Origin: an uncultured virus (IMG/VR IMGVR_UViG_2770939491_000001)
Taxonomy: Duplodnaviria; Heunggongvirae; Uroviricota; Caudoviricetes
IMG/VR virus record: IMGVR_UViG_2770939491_000001
Direction: 5' to 3' (one strand)
Length of the DNA: 31,644 bases
Under the pieces are notes generated by a model. The model searched no databases, was not told the origin of the DNA, and worked only from the letters and a program-made list of their open reading frames with translations. The position numbers were made by a program, and so were the translations under genes. How positions within the stretch are numbered: the first letter of the stretch is position 1; every line of letters starts with the position of its first letter. Below, piece by piece: positions 8,407-17,467 of the stretch.

Positions 8407-8446
8407 GTCCGGCCGGCGGTCGTACTATTGCGAACGCCGGCCGGAC
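8407..8446. terminator. Bidirectional terminator-like hairpin
   Basis: GTCCGGCCGGCG ... CGCCGGCCGGAC between convergent genes. Confidence 0.7.
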
Positions 8447-8452
8447 CTCTGC

Positions 8453-8635
8453 CTATCTACGGAGCATCGGGCGAGTTGGAAGCCCAGCTTCTTTTCGTTC
8501 GATGTGATCGGCGAGCATCACGATGTCGAGCAGTTTCCTGGTGATCATGTTTCGCTGCTCAGCCGACAGCGGTCCGAGGTCTCTTTCGAATTCCCGCATG
8601 TACTTGTCGACCGCCACTGATTTATCCCTGCTCAT
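8453..8635 (-). CDS. Small hypothetical protein, 60 aa (MSRDKSVAVDKYMREFE...)
   Basis: GAAAGG RBS upstream of the ATG at 8635. Confidence 0.6.
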   Translation of the reverse strand: MSRDKSVAVDKYMREFERDLGPLSAEQRNMITRKLLDIVMLADHIERKEAGLPTRPMLRR

Positions 8636-8879
8636 GATGAGCCTTTCACTGATTGGTGGCTGCCCGGCCCTCAACTCGATCCACGATACGACGATCTCGG
8701 TACGATCAACAGCCCCGAACGGATGCTCGACCGTGTCGTTCGTCTCGTTACCCACAGGTAGCTGAGACGAAGCCCGGCAAACCTCCTGTTCCACAGCCCA
8801 TGTCAGTGGTTCCGGGTACGGTAGCCGCCGATGCCCAACCCTGGGCAGTCGCACAGCAACATCCGATAGAAGGACACAC

Positions 8880-9293
8880 TTGCCTGAGTACGTTGAACCA
8901 CCTGGCGCTCGATACAACGACTACATCGGTGTCGGCGCGATCGAAGACAGCCTCGTCAACACCAGTCTGAACCTGAAGGAACTGGCCGGTCTGAATGACG
9001 GCGATTGGACCATCGTCGGAATTGAGGCTGACGCCTACAGCCACGGTGACCCACCACGTTGGACCATCGGCGTATATGCGTTGAACCGCCGCGAATACAA
9101 CGTGACTTCGTTCGAAGACTGGCAAAAGCTTCAGGCCGAACGTGGTGCTCTGCCCGTGAAGCATATCCTCCTGCACGACGTCGATTTCGAAACGCTCGTC
9201 CGCACAACCAAGGGCGTGCACCTGCAGTTCTTGAACCCGAACGTCACCAAGTTGGAGATCGTCGAGCGCGGGGATCATCCACCGCAGGACTGA
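8880..9293 (+). CDS. Hypothetical cargo protein, 137 aa
   Basis: GAAGGA RBS, TTG start, globular composition, hairpin after the stop. Confidence 0.75.
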   Translation: MPEYVEPPGARYNDYIGVGAIEDSLVNTSLNLKELAGLNDGDWTIVGIEADAYSHGDPPRWTIGVYALNRREYNVTSFEDWQKLQAERGALPVKHILLHDVDFETLVRTTKGVHLQFLNPNVTKLEIVERGDHPPQD

Positions 9294-9398
9294 TCTACCG
9301 ATCTGACACCTGCCCGCCGAGTCCCCATTCCCAGACGGGGATTCCGGCGGCGCGGGCGTGCCGCATGCAGTGCTGGGTGCCGATCGACTTGCCGAGAC

Positions 9399-9983
9399 TC
9401 ACGCGGCCTTCCACGACTTACGCTGCCTGATCCGAATGCACTCGCGGCAGCAACGCCGGTCAGGCTGGCCAGGAGGTGAGTAGACGTTCTCGCCTGACAG
9501 GCTGTGCCCTCGCTTGCACGCCACCTGCCTGCGCTCCGGCGCGACATGCGCCCCATCAGGTTTCCACGGCTCCCAGTCCTGGTCTTCTTCACGCTGCGCA
9601 TTGCATGAGTTGCAGGCAGCGACCAGGTTGTCTGGGTCGTTGTTATGGATATCCCAGTCCAGGTGGTCACCGGTCAGGCGACCGTGAGATCCGTACGGCA
9701 GTTCCCAGCTGATGTCCTGGCCGCACCAGTGGCATGGATGCGTTCCGCTACCAATCTTCGAATAGAGAATGACCCGATGTTCAAGCGCGCGGCCGTACTT
9801 GTCGGCTAGCGGGTGCCCCCAAATAGTGATCTGACGGTACCTCTTGAGCGCACTCGGGCGTCCGGACATCAGCGGGCTGCCGTACCTGCGAAGCTTCTTG
9901 TAGTGCCTGTTGCAAAGCCCACGGGCAATCACTCGACCCGCGCAGTCTTGGACGGAACACATCGCAACATTCTTCACCTCCAT
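9399..9983 (-). CDS. HNH endonuclease with N- and C-terminal Zn motifs
   Basis: CSVQDC...GLCNRHY; EHRV...CHWC; DHLDWDIHNNDPDNLVAACNSCN; CKRGH...CREC. Confidence 0.9.
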   Translation of the reverse strand: MEVKNVAMCSVQDCAGRVIARGLCNRHYKKLRRYGSPLMSGRPSALKRYRQITIWGHPLADKYGRALEHRVILYSKIGSGTHPCHWCGQDISWELPYGSHGRLTGDHLDWDIHNNDPDNLVAACNSCNAQREEDQDWEPWKPDGAHVAPERRQVACKRGHSLSGENVYSPPGQPDRRCCRECIRIRQRKSWKAA

Positions 9984-10046
9984 TGGAACAACGGAAGTGG
10001 ACCTGCTATTCCGAAATAACCTGCATATCAGCGCTTTTGGTAGGTC

Positions 10047-10265
10047 TCACGGGATTTCCATCGCACACTTCTTTAGCGCCCGCAGTACAGCGTCGGCGAG
10101 TTGGTAGCAGTCGATCGTGTCGCCGTCGCCGAACGTGTCGGGCGGGATGTACACCTGCCCACCCAAATCGATCCCGCCGCCGTCGAGTTGGCGCAGCATC
10201 TCCGCCGCCATCAGCCGTGCGAGATCATCCCGGCGCTGGTCACGCGCGGACGCACGCCTACCCAT
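10047..10265 (-). CDS. Small phage hypothetical protein
   Basis: Overlaps the upstream gene by 8 nt. Confidence 0.6.
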   Translation of the reverse strand: MGRRASARDQRRDDLARLMAAEMLRQLDGGGIDLGGQVYIPPDTFGDGDTIDCYQLADAVLRALKKCAMEIP

Positions 10266-10809
10266 AGCTGCAGTTGAGGTGCCAGCCGGGTTCGGTGTCG
10301 CCGACGTCCAGGCCGAGCACTTCGACGAATCGAGTCAGCTGTTCGCGCCATTCCGGCTTTTCGACCAGCGGGTTCAGGCGTGTGGCGCTCCACCCGTACA
10401 CGTGCTGGACTGATGCCTTGATACGGACGGCATGGATGTCGCGGTCGTAACCCTGGCTGTCGAGTTCGACCGGGATGGAGGCAAGCAGTTCTGCCCGTTG
10501 TTCCCGGCTGGCTGCATACGCCTGATACTCCGGCGAGGACTCCTCGTACGCTTTTTCACGTGCGCGAATGGTCGCCTGGACTGCCTCGCGTGCCTCACGC
10601 GGAAGGCTCCAGATCGCGATGTCATCATCGCGCGGATAGTCGGTAGGGAACGGCACTTCGACCCAACCGAGTAGGCGAGCGAGTTCGTCTTCCCAGTCTT
10701 CACCGTCCTGCATCCACTGGGGCTCAGCGGTGGTGTCGGTGTCGTAGTCGTACTCGTATTCGGGCAGGTCGTACCCGAAGTACACATCGGCGGAAGGGGC
10801 ACTACCCAT
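10258..10809 (-). CDS. Acidic phage hypothetical protein (MGSAPSADVYFGYD...)
   Basis: Internal ATG coupled to the upstream gene. Confidence 0.75.
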   Translation of the reverse strand: MGSAPSADVYFGYDLPEYEYDYDTDTTAEPQWMQDGEDWEDELARLLGWVEVPFPTDYPRDDDIAIWSLPREAREAVQATIRAREKAYEESSPEYQAYAASREQRAELLASIPVELDSQGYDRDIHAVRIKASVQHVYGWSATRLNPLVEKPEWREQLTRFVEVLGLDVGDTEPGWHLNCSYG

Positions 10810-11011
10810 TGGCTTCTCCCGGGATTTCGGTCGGTGGTGTGCTGTTGGCCGCGGTCCACCCAAGGAGGCATTCGAGCGTGTCGAAATGCTTTGTGGCGTC
10901 GGCGCTGATGTCGTCGGAGAGGTTCAGCTTGTACCAGCCAGGATTCGGCTCGGTGCCGAGCTTCTGCCATGCGCCGCAGCCGTCGCGGTCGCAGTGGACT
11001 GCCATGCTCAT
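10802..11011 (-). CDS. Small Cys/His protein (MSMAVHCDRDGC...HFDTLEC)
   Basis: ATGA overlap. Confidence 0.7.
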   Translation of the reverse strand: MSMAVHCDRDGCGAWQKLGTEPNPGWYKLNLSDDISADATKHFDTLECLLGWTAANSTPPTEIPGEANG

Positions 11012-11181
11012 GCGGGCCGCCATTCGCTATCGGTGCGCATCCACAGCCGCCGGACTGTGTGTCCGGCCGAGATGGCGTACGCGCGGACCGAGATTTCGTC
11101 GGTGGCCTCGTAGACCAGCAGGCCGTGTTCGTCGAACGACGCCCACCATTCGGTGGGCTGCCAATCCGTCATCGCGGTCAC
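11008..11181 (-). CDS. Small hypothetical protein (MTAMTDWQPTEWWASFDE...)
   Basis: Hand-translated; GGAGG RBS, GTGA/ATGA overlaps; not in the ORF track. Confidence 0.7.
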   Translation of the reverse strand: MTAMTDWQPTEWWASFDEHGLLVYEATDEISVRAYAISAGHTVRRLWMRTDSEWRPA

Positions 11182-11291
11182 TCGTCGTCCTCCTCGTTTC
11201 CGCGAACAAGGATTTCGATGATTCGCCGCTTCTCGTCGTCGGTGAGATCACGCCGGATCGGTTGCATGTCTTCGCCGGTGAGCGCCGACAT
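11178..11291 (-). CDS. 37-aa peptide (MSALTGEDMQPIRRDLTDDEKRRII...)
   Basis: Fills the gap with TGATG and GTGA overlaps. Confidence 0.6.
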   Translation of the reverse strand: MSALTGEDMQPIRRDLTDDEKRRIIEILVRGNEEDDE

Positions 11292-11674
11292 CACGCCGCC
11301 CCGATGTTCGGGAAATTGCCAGATTCCGTGTCACACGGAACATCGGGGTTTCCTGAACATTTCGGAAAGTCGACGCACTCAGCGCGCCCGTTGACATGGA
11401 GCATGTGCTCAGGAACGAGGCACCCGCAGGCCGCCCGCCTCATCACTCCGAACGTGCGCGGTTTCGCGGCGGCTTCGGCAAGCTTCGGCGCCGGATCGGC
11501 CTGGTCAACCTCAGCCATCAACTGGTCGAACTGGTCGGCGGGCAACGTGACGTATCGCGCCGAGCCGGTGACAGCCGAGAACGCCTGTGCCAGTAGGTCG
11601 TGACGGATTCGCCAGTCGGCTGCCTCTGCCTGTGCACGCGCGAGCTCGGCGCGCAACTGCTTCTTCGTCGTCAC
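11291..11674 (-). CDS. Phage hypothetical protein with C-terminal Cys cluster
   Basis: Coupled ORF. Confidence 0.7.
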   Translation of the reverse strand: MTTKKQLRAELARAQAEAADWRIRHDLLAQAFSAVTGSARYVTLPADQFDQLMAEVDQADPAPKLAEAAAKPRTFGVMRRAACGCLVPEHMLHVNGRAECVDFPKCSGNPDVPCDTESGNFPNIGAA

Positions 11675-12168
11675 GCTGCCACCGCCTCAACTGGGTAGCA
11701 CTCGCCACGCACAACGCGACCGATCGTCGTTGTCGACACCCCGAACTCGGCCGCCAGACGACGGTAGGGCTCGCCTCGTCGACAGCGGATTGCTTCTACC
11801 TCAGCGTCGGTCAACTTGGCGGACCAGCGAGCTGCTCCCGTCGGCTCTGTCCCGTCCCGCTTCTTGTCCGCGATGTTCTCCCGGACCGTGCCCATCCGCA
11901 GTTCCGAAAGTCGGTTGTCGGACTGACCGTTGGGGCCATGCCGGACATGCATTCCATCGGGAATCGGGCCGACGAACGTCTCGTACACCATGCGGTGGAT
12001 GTAGTAGAGCTTCCGGTCGTTCGACCCGTTGCTCAACAACACGGTCAGGTACCCGTTTTTCAACGCCACTGGGCGCCGAACCCGGCCTGTCGATACGCGG
12101 CGGACACGGCCGAGGTCCGAGACCTCGTACCGATCGTCGGAAGGGAAAGGCTTCCACTGCTCACCCAC
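11671..12168 (-). CDS. NUMOD4-HNH endonuclease with C-terminal HTH
   Basis: WKPFP..YEVSDLGRVR; YIHRMV...VRH...DNRLSEL; KLTDAEV...LAAEFGVS. Confidence 0.92.
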   Translation of the reverse strand: MGEQWKPFPSDDRYEVSDLGRVRRVSTGRVRRPVALKNGYLTVLLSNGSNDRKLYYIHRMVYETFVGPIPDGMHVRHGPNGQSDNRLSELRMGTVRENIADKKRDGTEPTGAARWSAKLTDAEVEAIRCRRGEPYRRLAAEFGVSTTTIGRVVRGECYPVEAVAA

Positions 12169-12538
12169 GGTTGGTACCTCCGCTCAGCGTCAGCACCTCT
12201 GCCTCGATGAGGTTGAGAGCGCCGGTGTAGTCGTTCGTCAAGACGACGCGCTCGATGGCGCCGTAAACGCCGTCGGCGTGCGGGATGACGTGCTCGACAA
12301 CCAGAGAGCGAACAGTGTCCTCATGTCCCGCAAGGATCGCCGGAGTGCCGTCCTCGACCGCCCATCGCAGATATACGACTGCCTTTCGGAGGTCCTCTGC
12401 ACCGTTCTTCTCGGCAAATCGCCAGCAGTACTTCACCGCGTTGCCCGCGGTGAACGTCAAATGGCGTGTGATGGTGATGCATTCGCAGGTGAAGCGGCCC
12501 GTCGAGTAGTGGACGGGGTGGTTCACGACGTCGGTCAT
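12161..12538 (-). CDS. DUF3310-domain protein
   Basis: DVVNHPVHY...ECI...GNAVKYCWR...KNGAEDLRKA. Confidence 0.88.
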   Translation of the reverse strand: MTDVVNHPVHYSTGRFTCECITITRHLTFTAGNAVKYCWRFAEKNGAEDLRKAVVYLRWAVEDGTPAILAGHEDTVRSLVVEHVIPHADGVYGAIERVVLTNDYTGALNLIEAEVLTLSGGTNRG

Positions 12539-12723
12539 GCGAGGAGCTCCGTGATGTCGAGAGTGGTGTATCCGGCGGTGTGCGCGCCGTCGCTCATGCG
12601 GCGGACACTGTGTTCGGGCGAGGGGTTGGTGCGCAGCCAGGTGATCAGCTCGTGCTTGACGGTGAACGCGGCTACCACGCCCCACCCGTCTTTGACGAGG
12701 TAGATGTATGTGGAGCGGGCCAT
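12535..12723 (-). CDS. Small phage protein (MARSTYIYLV...AAFTVKHEL)
   Basis: Coupled ORF, TGATG overlap. Confidence 0.75.
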   Translation of the reverse strand: MARSTYIYLVKDGWGVVAAFTVKHELITWLRTNPSPEHSVRRMSDGAHTAGYTTLDITELLA

Positions 12724-12884
12724 CAACGGCGCCGGGTGATCTTGCGGGCTTTTCGGGCGGCACGGTTGCGCACCCGCCGGCGCTGCACTTCGGCTTCGGG
12801 GACGGTGCCCTGGTACACGTGCTTGCGCTGCAGGCCGAACAAGATGGCGCGCGCGTACGGGGTATCGAACAAGGTGGTGCTCAT
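12723..12884 (-). CDS. Small basic phage protein (MSTTLFDTPYARAILFGLQRKHVYQGTV...)
   Basis: Hand-translated; overlaps on both sides. Confidence 0.7.
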   Translation of the reverse strand: MSTTLFDTPYARAILFGLQRKHVYQGTVPEAEVQRRRVRNRAARKARKITRRR

Positions 12885-13903
12885 GCTGCTTGGTCTCCTT
12901 CGACCGGTTCGTCACGGCGCAGGTTGAGAATGAGAGCGGGGTCGTCGAGGATCCCGGCGGTGAGCTCGCTGAACGGTGTCAAACGGTTGGCGCGGATCCA
13001 CTCGTCGACGTCGTCGCCGGGTAGCCACCGCTGGACTCGGATTGCAAGCGGAGAGGGCTCGGGCTGCGAAGTGCGCGGCCGGTACACCCAGCGGCGGGTG
13101 ACCGTGTCGTACGCGGCGCGCTCGTAGGTGACGGCGTTCAGCTCCATTGGGGGCGGGCAGTCGAAGTCCGCCGGTGTGAATGTCACCGGGGCCACGGTTT
13201 CGACTCGGTGGCCGACGTTCGGGTTGACCTCACGTCCGTGCGCATGCCCACCTTCGAGCACGCCGCCGAGCGGGGCCGGTTCCCACCATGCGACCAGACT
13301 GCTGATCCCGTCCTGCCGGTACTCGGTGCGGATCTCTGCGGCATCCAGTTGCACACCGGAGTATCGGCGCGCGACCTCTTCGAAGAAGCTGCACCGCACG
13401 TGTTCTCGCAGGTGCTCCGCGTACGCCGCGTCGGGCGTATCCACCTGGCATCGGAGGCCACGGAGGCTGTCGACTTCAGTCATCTCGATAACCCCGCGCG
13501 ACGAGTTGTCGTCGTACGGGTCGTCGGGCAGCGGCCAGGTGCCGAGGATCTCGCTGTGCCATGCGGCGACGCGGCGCATGGTGTCAGCGAAAGTGCCCCA
13601 CCCGGTGTCGATTCCGGCGCGCAGGTCGACGGGCGGCGTGAATTCGCCCTCGAAGTCGGAGCCGGGGCACAGCACTTCGCTGTCGTCGTCGGCGTACCGG
13701 TAGTCGGGATCGACGTAGCCAGCTCGCCGCATCGCCCGCATGCGCGTGGTGATGGCGAGCCCGTGCCAGTCAGCGTCGCACCACGGCTGCGGGCAGGTGA
13801 CCTGGTTGATGTTGTGGTCGTACCCGGAGGATTCCTTTCCGAGTTGCCAGTCGACGAGTTCGTCGATGGCGTCCACGATGTCGCGGTCAGGCATCGGCGT
13901 CAC
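12881..13903 (-). CDS. Phage hypothetical protein, 340 aa
   Basis: Long coupled ORF; DIVDAIDELVDWQL...C...WHGL N-terminus. Confidence 0.75.
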   Translation of the reverse strand: MTPMPDRDIVDAIDELVDWQLGKESSGYDHNINQVTCPQPWCDADWHGLAITTRMRAMRRAGYVDPDYRYADDDSEVLCPGSDFEGEFTPPVDLRAGIDTGWGTFADTMRRVAAWHSEILGTWPLPDDPYDDNSSRGVIEMTEVDSLRGLRCQVDTPDAAYAEHLREHVRCSFFEEVARRYSGVQLDAAEIRTEYRQDGISSLVAWWEPAPLGGVLEGGHAHGREVNPNVGHRVETVAPVTFTPADFDCPPPMELNAVTYERAAYDTVTRRWVYRPRTSQPEPSPLAIRVQRWLPGDDVDEWIRANRLTPFSELTAGILDDPALILNLRRDEPVEGDQAA

Positions 13904-14315
13904 CGTCCAACCAGGCGCGCACGTCAGTGAAGCGGCCCTGTTTGTCGCCGAGGTAGCCGACGACGAAGGAGACGTCTTTGATCTGGGTGGGCGAGGTGTA
14001 GCAGTCGAAGGACAGCACCGCCTCGGCTCGGCCGATGTCGTAGGCGAAGCTGGCCCACACGCGGTCTTCCGGCTGCCCGTTCAGCCGTGAGCGGACCTGG
14101 TCGGCGAGTTCGCCGACGACGAACATGCGGATGACGCGCCAGTGCGGGTAGTTCGCCGCGCATTCGTCGAGGGTCGAGACGGTCCCGAACTCTTCGGGGC
14201 GTTCGACCCACGCGTTGTACAGCCAGGGCGTCATCCCGAGGTATTCAGCCAGCGGGCGCGGGTCGTCGCTGTCGTGCCATTCGCCGACGAGGTCATCGAG
14301 GTCGAGGTCAGCCAT
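13887..14315 (-). CDS. Phage hypothetical protein
   Basis: DDLVGEWH...LAEYLGMT..YNAW; coupled. Confidence 0.75.
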   Translation of the reverse strand: MADLDLDDLVGEWHDSDDPRPLAEYLGMTPWLYNAWVERPEEFGTVSTLDECAANYPHWRVIRMFVVGELADQVRSRLNGQPEDRVWASFAYDIGRAEAVLSFDCYTSPTQIKDVSFVVGYLGDKQGRFTDVRAWLDGDADA

Positions 14316-14610
14316 TGCGTGCCTGCCCGAGTTCGCGGATGGCCGACATGATCAGGTCGTAACACTGGTCGGTATCGGCCTCGTCGACACCACCGTATTC
14401 GTCGAAGGTCATCGGAACGGCGCCACCGCGGCCGAGTGCTGCGTAAAGATCCCATTGCCATCCGGAATTACCGAACGGCCGCTTGCCGCTGAACCCTTCC
14501 TTCTCGATCCACAGTTCGCCGAGCAACGCGACGAGGAAGCCACGGATGGTGGTCGCGCCGCTGTCGTTGCCGGTTTCGAGGGGGAGTTCGAGGATTTCCG
14601 CTGGGGTCAC
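14308..14610 (-). CDS. Phage hypothetical protein (EGFSGKRPFGNSGW)
   Basis: Coupled ORF with a distinctive G/W-rich motif. Confidence 0.8.
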   Translation of the reverse strand: MTPAEILELPLETGNDSGATTIRGFLVALLGELWIEKEGFSGKRPFGNSGWQWDLYAALGRGGAVPMTFDEYGGVDEADTDQCYDLIMSAIRELGQARNG

Positions 14611-14692
14611 ATATCAAGTGTCGTGGACCGCACCAAACAAGGGTTTCCGGCGCGAGGGCCGCGCGGGTATCGGCCGCGCGGACCAGGCCGGG

Positions 14693-14929
14693 TTAAAACT
14701 TTTTCCGCCGCGTTTCCGGGTCCGCTGGGGCGATCCCATTCTCTCGCGCGATACGACGAACATAGGTGGAAGTAAAAGGGGACGCGGCAGCAACATCAGT
14801 GGGTCTCAGGCCTGCACGTAAAGCCTTCAAAACCAATTCCAAAACCTTTTCACGGGCTTCTTCTTTTCGTTTTACGTACAGTCTATAACTGCTGGTCGCA
14901 GCTCGTAGTTGGTCCAAGTCTTCCGTCAC
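14693..14929 (-). CDS. Small HTH DNA-binding protein (MTEDLDQLRAAT...)
   Basis: ALRAGLRPTDVAAASPFTSTYVRRIAR HTH-like segment; AT-richer codons; start uncertain. Confidence 0.65.
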   Translation of the reverse strand: MTEDLDQLRAATSSYRLYVKRKEEAREKVLELVLKALRAGLRPTDVAAASPFTSTYVRRIARENGIAPADPETRRKKF

Positions 14930-14989
14930 GCGCCGATCATATCGACGGACGGGAGCTTGGTTTGTGACGCCAACATCGAAACCACCCAT

Positions 14990-15038
14990 CGAGCGCAACC
15001 GTGTTGCGCAACATAGTTTCGCAACTAGGTTGCGCAAG
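14990..15038. promoter_or_regulatory. Array of four GTTGCGCAAC-like palindromes at 13-bp period
   Basis: CGAGCGCAAC (14990), GTTGCGCAAC (15003), GTTTCGCAAC (15016), GTTGCGCAAG (15029). Confidence 0.75.
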
Positions 15039-15253
15039 CAGGTGGTTTTAAACAGGTGTTATGACCAATTTTCCGAAAGACTGGAAGCCAATTTCTAGAA
15101 CCAAGATTGATAGACACCGACCTTCGCGATCAACCTGCCGTTCGAACCTGCAGAACACCACCCATCCCGACCCGCACCACCGCGTGGCGCAGAACGCCCT
15201 CGGGAGGTGGAACCCCATGTTCACGGGCACACCCCCCCGGTACGGTGGCCATC

Positions 15254-16369
15254 GTGAACAAGATCCAGCTCGAGACCCGAGTGAACGAGATCGTGAACCA
15301 CGTCATCGCAGGCGGCAAGGTCGAAGACGACCACGTCGAAGCGAAGCGTGAATGGCCGAAGCTCGACAAGGCCGCCCAGTTGGCAGGGATGGCGAACGCC
15401 GCAGGCGGCTACCCGATTCTGTGGATTATCGGCCTCTGCGAGGGATCGAAGCAGGTCATTCCTCTCGATGACACCGATCCTGCGAGTTGGTGGCAGCAGA
15501 TAAAGGGCGGTTTCGCATACGGTGTCACTCCGTCTCTCACGACCCTTCGTGTCGTGACTGATCACGGGTCGGTGATGGCGTTGCTGTTCGAAACCGACCA
15601 GGCGCCGTACCTGGTGAGTCTTCCCAAGGTGCCAAGGGACCCGGACAATCCCGCGAGCGGATTCCGGTGGGCGACTGCGGCGGTGCCGTGGCGCGAGGGC
15701 ACCAGCAACCGTACTGCGACCCGCGCCGAACTGCTATCGCTGCTGCGGGACTCAGCGGCAGCACCCGACCTCGCGGTCGTGACCTCGGTAGCGACGTTGT
15801 TCGACGAGATCGACGTGACGGTTCCGCCTCCCCCGATGGACCTGTCGTTCTTCGCTGTCCTCTTGATCGACACCGAACCGGGGGTACACACGTTTTTCCC
15901 TGTGTACCGCCAACAGATCACCCTCACGACCTCCACCGGGGTGGAGGTTGACTGCTCGGAGGCACAGTTCGCGACGTCCGCTGCGGTTAGGCCAGCCGAC
16001 CCGCATCAGCCAGCCTCGGCCTTCCTTCCAAGGCAGAAAGAATTTAATCCGTATGGCGCGACCGATCGGCCCAGCGGATTGGTGGTGATGGCGCCTGACG
16101 TAGTCCGGATGCAAGTTGATCTGGAGGTGCCTCGCGACGATGCGCAGGAGATGAGTCAGGCGGACTGGGTAGAACTGACGGTCCACTTGCCTATCGGCGC
16201 GTCAGAGCGGGTTGCGAAGACACACCACCGTCTGCTCCGGGTCAAAGACAGTGGAGAGAAGGAGTCGACGAGTTTCAATCGCCGACGGGTAACCGCTTGG
16301 GCGACGAACGGTGCGATCGAGCACCGGAAGCCGCCGAGGTGGTCACCCGGCCCACGCACCGTCCGATAG
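15254..16369 (+). CDS. Schlafen/AlbA_2-domain protein with unknown beta-rich C-terminal domain
   Basis: VEDDHVEAKREW...LAGMANAAGG..LWIIGL matches the AlbA_2 E-x4-E-x-K...AN..GG...IG pattern; start 15245 or 15254. Confidence 0.75.
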   Translation: MNKIQLETRVNEIVNHVIAGGKVEDDHVEAKREWPKLDKAAQLAGMANAAGGYPILWIIGLCEGSKQVIPLDDTDPASWWQQIKGGFAYGVTPSLTTLRVVTDHGSVMALLFETDQAPYLVSLPKVPRDPDNPASGFRWATAAVPWREGTSNRTATRAELLSLLRDSAAAPDLAVVTSVATLFDEIDVTVPPPPMDLSFFAVLLIDTEPGVHTFFPVYRQQITLTTSTGVEVDCSEAQFATSAAVRPADPHQPASAFLPRQKEFNPYGATDRPSGLVVMAPDVVRMQVDLEVPRDDAQEMSQADWVELTVHLPIGASERVAKTHHRLLRVKDSGEKESTSFNRRRVTAWATNGAIEHRKPPRWSPGPRTVR

Positions 16370-16386
16370 AGCGGCCACTCCCTACG

Positions 16387-16417
16387 CCCACCCTGGCTGG
16401 TAGTCGGGGTGGGTTTT
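16387..16417 (+). terminator. Intrinsic terminator after the Schlafen-like gene
   Basis: CCCACCCTGGCT-ggt-AGTCGGGGTGGG-TTTT, with G-U pairs. Confidence 0.7.
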
Positions 16418-16423
16418 CCATCG

Positions 16424-16828
16424 TCACGTGTCGTTCTCAACAGCGAGGGCTTCGGCGACACCCCAACGGCCGACGCGCAGGTGCGGTGCGATCTGCTTCG
16501 CGAGGGCGAGGGCCTCGTTGAACGGGAACCGGTGCGTAGCAAGCCATTCGTCGCGGCGTTCGCTGGGAATGGATTCCGGGGATCGGCTGCCGTCGGCGGC
16601 GTAGCAGCGGCCGAGGTGGGTGACTGCCCACCGACCGTTCCCGCGGTACTCCACGTTGATGGTGAATGCGGCCCGTTCAGGGTGGTCGCGGGGCACACAT
16701 GACACCTCGAACCGACCGACCTCGAGCTCTGGTTCCGGCAAAGTACGGTCCGGTTGCGAGGGCCGAAAGACGTGCCGGAAATTGTGGCCTGCGCTGGAAT
16801 GCCCGCAGGTGGCACAGAACTCGATCAC
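16424..16828 (-). CDS. Phage hypothetical protein (VEYRGNGRWAV...EALALA)
   Basis: Coupled ORF. Confidence 0.75.
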   Translation of the reverse strand: MIEFCATCGHSSAGHNFRHVFRPSQPDRTLPEPELEVGRFEVSCVPRDHPERAAFTINVEYRGNGRWAVTHLGRCYAADGSRSPESIPSERRDEWLATHRFPFNEALALAKQIAPHLRVGRWGVAEALAVENDT

Positions 16829-17019
16829 GCGGCCAGCTTGTTCGGTTCGAGGGAGAAGTAGATCACGTTCGCGTCCCGTTCCGGGTTGGCGTCGACGAAG
16901 ATCTGCTCGAACAGTTCTTGTCGGGTTCCGCTGCTGATGATGATCCCGGCTCGGGTGGTAGACATGTATCCCGCCGAGTTCGGTTTCTGCACGGTGATGA
17001 TGTAGTGGTATTCACGCAT
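16825..17019 (-). CDS. Small phage protein (MREYHYIITVQ...FSLEPN)
   Basis: TGATG/GTGA overlaps. Confidence 0.75.
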   Translation of the reverse strand: MREYHYIITVQKPNSAGYMSTTRAGIIISSGTRQELFEQIFVDANPERDANVIYFSLEPNKLAA

Positions 17020-17252
17020 CAGTGCTTGGCCTTCTTCGCCTTGAGCGGCTTCTTCTTGTGCTTGGGTTTGTCGTGGTCGGGTTCCCACTCGTACCCGGCG
17101 ACGTTCTGTTCGCAGTACGAGTTGTCGACGACGACATCACCTTGGTCGAGTTCGCACCAGCGTTGGGTGCGGGTGCAGGCGGTTGATCCGGCGCCGGCGA
17201 GCACGGTGAGGGCGATGATTGCCGCGACGGAACGGGTTCGGGTGGTGGTCAT
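17019..17252 (-). CDS. Small putative lipoprotein
   Basis: Basic N-terminus, hydrophobic stretch, then GSTA-C lipobox-like site; Lys-rich tail. Confidence 0.65.
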   Translation of the reverse strand: MTTTRTRSVAAIIALTVLAGAGSTACTRTQRWCELDQGDVVVDNSYCEQNVAGYEWEPDHDKPKHKKKPLKAKKAKH

Positions 17253-17467
17253 TTCGCTACCTCGCTGGTGGTGAATCCGACGATCAGGTGGTCGTCTTCG
17301 TGAGTGACAAACGCCCAGTCGTCGTAGGTGGGGATGCTGCCGTGGATCTCGGTGTACCGGTTGCGGGCGAACGCGACGGCTTCGAGGAAGTCACCGACCG
17401 CGGCCGGGTTCGGTACGAGCCATTCGTGCTTGGTTTCGACGCGTGTACGTGAGGTGACGACGCTCAA
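17249..17467 (-). CDS. Small phage protein (MSVVTSRTRVETKHEW...)
   Basis: TTG start overlapping the upstream TGA. Confidence 0.65.
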   Translation of the reverse strand: MSVVTSRTRVETKHEWLVPNPAAVGDFLEAVAFARNRYTEIHGSIPTYDDWAFVTHEDDHLIVGFTTSEVAK

